IMG/VR virus record: IMGVR_UViG_3300033518_000064
Span: 1 to 31,186 of that record
Strand: one strand, 5' to 3'
Source: a virus
Lineage: Duplodnaviria; Caudoviricetes
DNA: 31,186 nt
Shown here piece after piece: positions 1 through 6,529 of this stretch; position 1 is the stretch's first letter; the number at the start of each line of letters is the position of its first letter. The position numbers were made by a program, and so were the translations under genes. The notes under the pieces are model-generated. The model did not search any database and had not been told where the DNA came from. It worked only from the letters and a program-made list of their open reading frames with translations.

Positions 1-39
1 GGCGTACGGAATTTGCCTCGAACGGATCGCGGCGCTCCC

Positions 40-270
40 ATGACACAGACCCGCAGGGGTAGTCTGATCGAGGCCACAGTCAGCACGGCTGTGGGCCTTA
101 TCATCTCCCTCATCGCCACGATGAAGCTCTTGCCCCTTGTGGGTATTGAGTCCACGATGAGTCAGAACGTCCAATTAACGGTGTATTTTACTGCCGTGTC
201 AATTGCACGTTCTTACCTCCTCCGCCGCTACTTCAACGCACGCCTACACAAGGCCTTGGAGACCATATGA
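40..270 (+). CDS. Small two-TM phage membrane protein (resembles the family I recall as DUF7220)
   Basis: MTQTRRGSLIEA...VSIARSYLLRRYFN with two hydrophobic segments. ATG at 40 preferred over the ORF-track start at 13. Confidence 0.7.
   Translation: MTQTRRGSLIEATVSTAVGLIISLIATMKLLPLVGIESTMSQNVQLTVYFTAVSIARSYLLRRYFNARLHKALETI
180..208. promoter_or_regulatory. Dyad site GTGYAWT-N14-AWTRCAC, copy 1 of 5
   Basis: GGTGTATT (180-187), 14 nt, ATTGCAC (202-208); upstream of the polymerase gene, inside the small membrane CDS. Confidence 0.5.
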
Positions 271-800
271 CCTGCACCACCTGTACGCACCCCGACTTCT
301 GCGAAAAGCGTAACTTCTGCCGCGCATTTGAATACCAACTTAACGGAGCCAACCATGATACCCCAGGGACCACAGAACGCAAAGATCCTGATCCTCGAGG
401 ACTACCCGGATCAGCTAGCCTTCATGAAGGGCAAAGCACTCTCGGGTCAGAGCGGAGACAGCCTATCGAGGATGCTGCACGAAGCGGGCCTGACGTTCGC
501 CGAGTGTCTCGTTGCATCAGTCTTGTCAGCACCAGCACCAACCGTCAAAGGGAGCGAGGACTTGTCGAGCTTACTGTGTCATACGAAATCCCCCAAGGAC
601 TCCTCGTGGACGCGCTTACACAACTCGTGGGTATCGAAGACAGTTTCGGACGGAGTCGCGCAAGTATCCAATCTGCTCGATCTTGTAAAACCGAACCTTG
701 TGATTACTCTGGGTGCACTCGCTCTTACGGTCATGACGGGTCACACCTCTGTAAAGAAGTGGCGCGGGAGCCAGCTCCGAAACAAGCTCACCAGCCATGA
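267..800 (+). CDS. Cys-rich ORF overlapping polA out of frame (uncertain)
   Basis: GGAG at 258-261 and ATGA overlap with the upstream stop; N-terminus CxxC-x5-C-x5-C. It overlaps polA by about 450 nt, which argues against a full-length product. Confidence 0.3.
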   Translation: MTCTTCTHPDFCEKRNFCRAFEYQLNGANHDTPGTTERKDPDPRGLPGSASLHEGQSTLGSERRQPIEDAARSGPDVRRVSRCISLVSTSTNRQRERGLVELTVSYEIPQGLLVDALTQLVGIEDSFGRSRASIQSARSCKTEPCDYSGCTRSYGHDGSHLCKEVAREPAPKQAHQP

Positions 801-2751
801 CTGCACAGTCCTCCCCACCTACCACCCCCGGTACATCAACCGTGACTACAGCGTACGCCCGATCACTGTACACGACTTACGCCGAGCAGCTCGCTGCAGC
901 GTCACACCCCTGGATACGAAGCCCCGCTACCAGTTCAATATCCGCCCTACCTTTCAGGACGCGATGCACTGGCTCGGAGCTCTTCTTCAGCAAGTGCGTA
1001 ATGCCCCTACCAAGATCTCCATCGACATAGAGACCAAGGCCGGGCATCTTGAGTGTATCGGCTTCGCCACGAACAAGACCCAGGCCTTCTGCATCCCCCT
1101 GATGTGCAAGGAGCGTCACACCGGTTACTGGTCCGAGGTCGAAGAAACCTGCCTCGTCGGGATCATGACAGAGATCATGGCGCACTCGAACGCGCGCTGC
1201 TTCGGGCAGAACTTCATCTACGACATTCAGTACATCTATCGCTTCTGGTTCTGCATCCCGAACACTTGGTATGACACGATGAACGCGCAGCACGTGATGT
1301 TCCCCGGCCAGCCCAAGGGCCTGGACTACCTCGCCTCGATGTACTGCGCTTACTACGTTTACTGGAAAGACGACGGCAAGATCATTGACCCGAAAATCCC
1401 CGAGGACCAACGCTGGACTTACAACTGCGAGGATTGCGTCCGCACCTTCGAGGTCATGGAAGAGCAACAACCCCAGATCGAGAAGCTCGGCCTCCACGCC
1501 GTCTGGGACTTCCAGCAAAACAAGCTCTTTCCCCTCCTCCTTCAGGCCATGAATCGCGGGGTCCGAGCTGCCGTCGAGAACAAAGCCCTCCTCTCCTTCG
1601 AACTCATGGGCGAAATCACCGAGCGCGAAACCGCCCTGACCACCATCCTCGGCCACCCCCTCAACATCAAATCACCCAAGCAGATGCAGGAGTTCTTCTA
1701 CGATGACCTCAAATTCAAGCCCATCTTCAATCGCAAAACAGGTGCGCCCACCCTTGACGACAAGGCCCTATCGACTATCGCATCGCGTGAGCCTCTCGTC
1801 CAGTCCATTGTCAACGTTATCCAGGAACTTCGGTCCCTCGGCGTATTCAAGTCAACTTTCGTCGATGCCCGGCTTGATTCCGATAAGCGCCTTCGTTCCT
1901 CCTATAACATCACAGGCACGGAGACCTTCCGCCTATCGTCCTCGGAGAACGCGTTTGGCTCGGGCCTCAACTTCCAGAATATTCCCAATGGTTCAGAGGA
2001 TTCAGATGACCCAACTTCTCTCCGACTCCCCAATATCCGCAAGCTCTTCCTCCCCGATCCGGGTTACACAATCTTCGACATGGACTTGCAGTCCGCAGAC
2101 TTTTACACGGTAGTATGGGAGGCAGATGATGAAGAATTTCGTGAAGCGCTTAGTTCCGGGATCGACATGCACGGTCTTAATGCTAAAAGTCTTTTTGGAC
2201 TCTCCTGCGGAGCTGATGAGGTTAAGAAGCTTCATTATGCGAAGAGGCAACTTGCCAAAATCTGGTGTCACGCCACCAACTACGGAGCCGGGGCACACAA
2301 CATGTCACGCGCTTGTGGTATCACAATCCATGAAGCAGAGAGACTTCGAGCGCGCTGGTTTCAGATGCACCCCGGTATCGAGCAATGGCATCGCCGGGCA
2401 GAGTCTGAACTTCATATACATCGAAGAGCACGCAACGCTTTCGATTATCGAATCATCTTCTTCGGACGCACCGACGCCGCCCTCCCCGAGGCCCTAGCAT
2501 GGACCCCTCAATCAACAACTGGCTGTGTCATTAACCGTGCATGGGCTCAGATCACAGACGCTATGCCTGAGGTCGAAGTACTAATCCAAGTTCACGACTC
2601 CCTTGTTTTTCAAGTTCCTACGCATCTTGTTACCGCAGATTACGAAGATCGTATTTTGCAAAACGCTAAGGTTCTTGTACCTTACGAACGGCCGCTAATT
2701 ATTCCTGCGGGAGTGAAAAGCTCAACTATTTCATGGGGAGATTGTAAATGA
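355..2751 (+). CDS. polA: Family A DNA polymerase with N-terminal UDG-like (family 4 / SPO1-type) domain and 3'-5' exonuclease
   Basis: UDG-like GPQNAKILIL...KPNLVITLGALA...PTYHP; Exo I DIET, Exo II QNFIYD, Exo III YNCED; RLSSS...NFQNIP; motif A DLQSAD, motif B RQLAKIWCHATNYG, motif C VHDS. GGAG at 345-348 before ATG 355. Confidence 0.93.
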   Translation: MIPQGPQNAKILILEDYPDQLAFMKGKALSGQSGDSLSRMLHEAGLTFAECLVASVLSAPAPTVKGSEDLSSLLCHTKSPKDSSWTRLHNSWVSKTVSDGVAQVSNLLDLVKPNLVITLGALALTVMTGHTSVKKWRGSQLRNKLTSHDCTVLPTYHPRYINRDYSVRPITVHDLRRAARCSVTPLDTKPRYQFNIRPTFQDAMHWLGALLQQVRNAPTKISIDIETKAGHLECIGFATNKTQAFCIPLMCKERHTGYWSEVEETCLVGIMTEIMAHSNARCFGQNFIYDIQYIYRFWFCIPNTWYDTMNAQHVMFPGQPKGLDYLASMYCAYYVYWKDDGKIIDPKIPEDQRWTYNCEDCVRTFEVMEEQQPQIEKLGLHAVWDFQQNKLFPLLLQAMNRGVRAAVENKALLSFELMGEITERETALTTILGHPLNIKSPKQMQEFFYDDLKFKPIFNRKTGAPTLDDKALSTIASREPLVQSIVNVIQELRSLGVFKSTFVDARLDSDKRLRSSYNITGTETFRLSSSENAFGSGLNFQNIPNGSEDSDDPTSLRLPNIRKLFLPDPGYTIFDMDLQSADFYTVVWEADDEEFREALSSGIDMHGLNAKSLFGLSCGADEVKKLHYAKRQLAKIWCHATNYGAGAHNMSRACGITIHEAERLRARWFQMHPGIEQWHRRAESELHIHRRARNAFDYRIIFFGRTDAALPEALAWTPQSTTGCVINRAWAQITDAMPEVEVLIQVHDSLVFQVPTHLVTADYEDRILQNAKVLVPYERPLIIPAGVKSSTISWGDCK

Positions 2752-3143
2752 GTCGCACTGACAATTCATATTTTTACAGCAGCTGGCGCAAAATGCATAC
2801 GCGATGTACGGACCCTACTTATCACTCTTACCATCGCTACGGAGGGCGCGGTATTACAGTCTGCGAGCGTTGGGCAAGCTATCAGAATTTTAAGACTGAT
2901 CTTTATGCTGCATGGTGGCGCGGGGCTACACTTGACCGTATAGATATAGATGGGAACTATGAGCCCCTCAACGTCCGCTGGTTGCCCAAAGGTGAGAATA
3001 CGAAAACCCCTAAATATGATCTGACCGCTATCCGGGAAATGAAGGCCTCGGGGCTCACGCAATACCAGATAGCGGAAGAAATCGGCACGGATCAAGCCTA
3101 TGTTAGCCGTTTACTTAAGCGGGGTATTTCCAGTGGCGCGTAA
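2748..3143 (+). CDS. HNH-type homing-endonuclease-like protein with C-terminal HTH
   Basis: W..M..RC...YGGRGITVCERW...LDRID.DGNYEP.N.RW signature; C-terminal LTQYQIAEEIGTDQAYVSRLL helix-turn-helix; ATGA-type overlap with the polA end. Confidence 0.8.
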   Translation: MSRTDNSYFYSSWRKMHTRCTDPTYHSYHRYGGRGITVCERWASYQNFKTDLYAAWWRGATLDRIDIDGNYEPLNVRWLPKGENTKTPKYDLTAIREMKASGLTQYQIAEEIGTDQAYVSRLLKRGISSGA

Positions 3144-4341
3144 TCATAAGGACTGGCTCAAAGCATTCCAGGATTATTCTTCTTATGGGGAAGCACCACG
3201 CCGAATGTACTTCTGGACCGGAGTGTCCACGATCGCGGGAGCCCTCCGACGCCACGTGTGGGTTGACATGGGCCACTTCAAGTGGTACCCCAACCTCTAC
3301 GTGATACTCGTGGCCCCTCCGGGCGTCGTAGCCAAGACCACTACCGCAGACATTGGCATGGACCTCCTCCGCCAAGTCCCCGGCGTGGCCTTCGGCCCCT
3401 CGGTCGTGTCCTGGCAAGCCCTCGTGCAAGCCTTCGGCCAGGCTGCGGAGTCCTTCCAAGACCCCGCCACCGAAGAATACATCACCATGTCTCCCATGAC
3501 AATCTCCTCGGGCGAGTTCGGCAACTTGCTCAACCCGCAGGACAAGGAAATGGTCGACATGCTCGTGAACCTCTGGGACGGCAAGGGCTTCCGCAAGGTC
3601 ACCAAACACTCGGGCTCGGACGACGTCGTCAACCCTTGGATCAACATCATCGCTTGCACCACGCCAGCCTGGATCGCTGGTAACTTCCCGGAGTACATGA
3701 TCGGCGGAGGCTTCACCTCACGCTGCGTGTTCGTATATGCAGATAAAAAAGAACGATTCGTCGCCTACCCCAAGCTTGCCATGCCGCCCAACATGGCCGA
3801 GGAACAGCAGAAACTTGTTGCTGACTTGGAGCATATTGCTACTCGTCTCATTGGCGAGTACGTTATTACCCCCGAAGCTCTGGCATGGGGACAAGCCTGG
3901 TACGAGCACCACAACACCCACCGCCCCGAGCATCTCTCCGACGACCGTTTCGGGGGCTACCTCGCCCGCAAGCAAACCTTCATCCACAAGATCGCCATGA
4001 TCCTCGCGGCTTCCCAGCGCGACGAACTCGTCATCACCAAACAGGACCTCGAGATCTCTGCCGTCATGGTCACGGACCTCGAAGCCGAAATGATAAACGT
4101 GTTCAAGAAGATTGGCCGGTCCGAAGTCTCCGCTGCGGCCGACCGCTTGGTCTCCTACATCAAGCTGCGCCGAGAGTGCCCTTACGCCGAGGCCTACCGC
4201 TACATCCAAGCCCAGTTCCCGTCCATGCGGGACTTCGAGGACGTGCTCAAGGGCCTCATCCAGGCGGGCTACATCAGCCTTGTCCAGGCCGGAGGCACCC
4301 CCTGCCTTCGCTACAACGACGTCGAGGGAACCACGCCATGA
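3133..4341 (+). CDS. DUF3987/YfjI-like P-loop ATPase (putative replication helicase)
   Basis: PNLYVILVAPPGVVAKTT (Walker A-like), NLWDG, INIIACTTP, GGFTSR. Likely GTG start at 3133; lies directly after polA/HNH. Confidence 0.65.
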   Translation: MARNHKDWLKAFQDYSSYGEAPRRMYFWTGVSTIAGALRRHVWVDMGHFKWYPNLYVILVAPPGVVAKTTTADIGMDLLRQVPGVAFGPSVVSWQALVQAFGQAAESFQDPATEEYITMSPMTISSGEFGNLLNPQDKEMVDMLVNLWDGKGFRKVTKHSGSDDVVNPWINIIACTTPAWIAGNFPEYMIGGGFTSRCVFVYADKKERFVAYPKLAMPPNMAEEQQKLVADLEHIATRLIGEYVITPEALAWGQAWYEHHNTHRPEHLSDDRFGGYLARKQTFIHKIAMILAASQRDELVITKQDLEISAVMVTDLEAEMINVFKKIGRSEVSAAADRLVSYIKLRRECPYAEAYRYIQAQFPSMRDFEDVLKGLIQAGYISLVQAGGTPCLRYNDVEGTTP

Positions 4342-4595
4342 TCTGCTGGACTTGTGCCCATTGCGGCGAGCCCCGTCACTTCGCCACGATGCCCGACACA
4401 AGGAAAAACAGACCCCATTGCGGAGTCTGTCATAATCGGTTAATCGCGGGCGCTGCTTACATCACGCGCCAGTCCGCCGCTCAAAGTGAGGAGCATCCAC
4501 AAAGCTGCTCTTCCCTTGATCTACGAGCCCTCGCCAGCTCCCGCCCCAGCGATTCCGAGGGTCCAGCGACTCCCACCATTCCCCCAGAGGTTTAA
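4338..4595 (+). CDS. Small Zn-finger protein (85 aa)
   Basis: ATGA overlap with the upstream stop, GAGGGA upstream. MICWTCAHCGE...PHCGVCHNR has two CxxC motifs. The 3' end overlaps the convergent endolysin. Confidence 0.55.
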   Translation: MICWTCAHCGEPRHFATMPDTRKNRPHCGVCHNRLIAGAAYITRQSAAQSEEHPQSCSSLDLRALASSRPSDSEGPATPTIPPEV

Positions 4596-4827
4596 TCTCC
4601 TGGCGGGTGCAGACTTTGCCCCCCCGAAGCAGCACTAAGTCAGCGGCACACTTCTTCAGATGCTCGCTATTTAGTGTTTTGCTCCTTCCCATCTTAACAT
4701 ACAGCTCCTGCATCTCCTGGGGACGCCAGACTTCCCCGATCCGCACCGCAAAGCCCATCGTGTAGGCTTGCTTAACCAGCTCCACGAAGTGGGCCGCGAA
4801 TGCCTCTTGATGTTCGCCGAGTGTCAT
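4462..4827 (-). CDS. Endolysin, peptidase M15 family
   Basis: R...Q..L...GRSKTLNSEH...AAD...RWGGSW...DAPHFE Zn-peptidase motifs. Confidence 0.85.
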   Translation of the reverse strand: MTLGEHQEAFAAHFVELVKQAYTMGFAVRIGEVWRPQEMQELYVKMGRSKTLNSEHLKKCAADLVLLRGGKVCTRQEIKPLGEWWESLDPRNRWGGSWRGLVDQGKSSFVDAPHFERRTGA

Positions 4828-5336
4828 TTATTCGCTCCCAGAAGTTTCGCCATGTCCGTGCTCTTCTGCGCGCTTCCGCTCGAGCTCCCGCGATGAAAGT
4901 TCACCACAGTAACGCACATAGTCAGCAATGAACCGACTGCCAGATACGCCACCTCCTTGTTCTCCGCGGGAATCTTCTGCAGGAACAGGGCTGCAATCAT
5001 GCCCATCGTGGCTCCAACAATCAACCAGTCTAATATATACGCCGAGTTTTTTGCCATCCATGATGCGCGCTCGCTTTCTTGAATCCGGGCATTAGAGTCC
5101 CGTGCGTTCTTCGTGTTGTCCACATCAATCGCCTTGTCCTTCAGGGCATTGTCCAACAGGTACTCCTCGTGATCCACCTCCAGCTGCTTGAGCTGCAGCA
5201 ACCCCTCGGGGGTCTGCGTCAGGGCTTCAATATCCACCCCGAGCTCCTTCTCGATCACATCTTTTCCCTTGGCCAGGACCGCGTTCCCCAAGAGGCCGAG
5301 GCCTTGGGCAAGCAGTGTCATTATGAACGGGGGCAT
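4824..5336 (-). CDS. Putative holin-like membrane protein
   Basis: Amphipathic N-terminus, two C-terminal TM segments, ending NFHRGSSSGS; overlaps the endolysin start; GGAGA RBS. Confidence 0.6.
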   Translation of the reverse strand: MPPFIMTLLAQGLGLLGNAVLAKGKDVIEKELGVDIEALTQTPEGLLQLKQLEVDHEEYLLDNALKDKAIDVDNTKNARDSNARIQESERASWMAKNSAYILDWLIVGATMGMIAALFLQKIPAENKEVAYLAVGSLLTMCVTVVNFHRGSSSGSAQKSTDMAKLLGANK

Positions 5337-5351
5337 AAGGTTCTCCTAAAT

Positions 5352-5380
5352 GGTGTATTGTTACGGGGAATAAATTGCAC
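5352..5380. promoter_or_regulatory. Dyad site, copy 2 of 5
   Basis: GGTGTATT (5352-5359), 14 nt, ATTGCAC (5374-5380); intergenic, just upstream of the holin RBS. Confidence 0.6.
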
Positions 5381-5595
5381 TAACTAACTCTAATATGTGA
5401 GATCGCCCAGGAGATCAGCGCTCCGACCGAGCCCGCCACTCCCGCGAGGAAGGCTATCATTTTCCAGCCCCCCTTGCTCTGCTGCATAAACTCGTTCATT
5501 TCCTCGATGGTCTTCTTCATTGAGTGAACGTCATCCGTAAGCTGCGTTACCTGCTGCTCCAGCCGCCCGTACTCACGGAGATCGAATTCTTCCAT
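5380..5595 (-). CDS. Small coiled-coil plus C-terminal TM protein (lysis-associated)
   Basis: Heptad-like RLEQQVTQLTDDVHSMKKTIEEM followed by hydrophobic MIAFLAGVAGSVGALISW; at the head of the lysis cluster. Confidence 0.6.
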   Translation of the reverse strand: MEEFDLREYGRLEQQVTQLTDDVHSMKKTIEEMNEFMQQSKGGWKMIAFLAGVAGSVGALISWAISHIRVS

Positions 5596-5599
5596 GTCT

Positions 5600-6529
5600 T
5601 TATCCTAGGTAGGTTACGCTGACGCTGCCGCCATCGAACGTATTGATTCCGTCAAGGTACAGCCGAAGCTGTGTAAGCGTTCCGGCGATGGCTTTGTGCC
5701 CCGCTATTGCAAAACCACCAATAGAACCTCCTGTCTGGGATAGATTTCCAGAAGCTGCCCATGTGTTTGTAGCAGAATCCAACAAGGTCAATTCAATAAA
5801 GCCGCTGCATACATTAGAGGCAAGGCCAACATTAGTTAGATAGAACCCAGTACTGCCGGATATTGCGGTAACTGGGTTTCCAGTGTTTACCACGCCAAAG
5901 CATGTACCCACATACCCAGATGTTTCTATACCACCAGAAGGCCCAATCTGTAATAGAGGGGCTATGGCCGCGGTGGTACTCATGCTCATGATGGCAACAC
6001 GAATCCTCTTTGCCCATGATGGAATGGAACTAAAGAGGGCTACAGTCTGGGCTGACAAAGCTGTAGTTGATGTTTGTGTCAACTGTACTCCGCTAGGAAT
6101 AGCAGCGATAGCTGTTGCCACATAAGCAGTAGTTGCTACCTTGGCGCTGTTGTCACCAGCGGTCTGCGTAGCCGCGGTCACCGCACTTGCGATTGTCCCT
6201 GTAACATTAACTGCGTTAGTCGAGTTGGTTGCGCTTGTGGCACTTGCGGCATTCGTAGCGTTCGTCACAGTCGTGACCCCGCCGACGTACAACTGCTCAT
6301 ACCGCAGCGAGTCCCCGTTCGCTGAGCCAGCGGCTAGCCCGGTGAGTTTGTTACTCCCCATCGGAATGTTCGCGAGCGCTGCACTCTGGCCATCCCGCAG
6401 CAGGGCCTTTGTCAGCGCAGTCTGCAGGTCCGTGAGCAAGGCGTTGTACTTCGTCGAGTCAATCACTGCCCCGCCAACAGCCTGCGTGCCAGCTGGCACA
6501 GTATAATTCCCATTTCCATCATAGCTCAT
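5600..6529 (-). CDS. Tail fibre protein
   Basis: N-terminal MSYDGNGNY...LLRDGQ...MGSNKLTGLAAG podophage fibre head, TQTAGDNSAKVATTAYV fibre motif, beta-rich C-terminus. Confidence 0.75.
   Translation of the reverse strand: MSYDGNGNYTVPAGTQAVGGAVIDSTKYNALLTDLQTALTKALLRDGQSAALANIPMGSNKLTGLAAGSANGDSLRYEQLYVGGVTTVTNATNAASATSATNSTNAVNVTGTIASAVTAATQTAGDNSAKVATTAYVATAIAAIPSGVQLTQTSTTALSAQTVALFSSIPSWAKRIRVAIMSMSTTAAIAPLLQIGPSGGIETSGYVGTCFGVVNTGNPVTAISGSTGFYLTNVGLASNVCSGFIELTLLDSATNTWAASGNLSQTGGSIGGFAIAGHKAIAGTLTQLRLYLDGINTFDGGSVSVTYLG

Noticed and set aside
355-2751. Intein or intron in polA (also checked for terL)
   Set aside because: Both ORFs are continuous, of expected length and lack intein terminal motifs; the nucleases are free-standing.
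5600-6529. Diversity-generating retroelement target in the tail fibre
   Set aside because: No reverse transcriptase and no template/variable repeat pair seen in the window.
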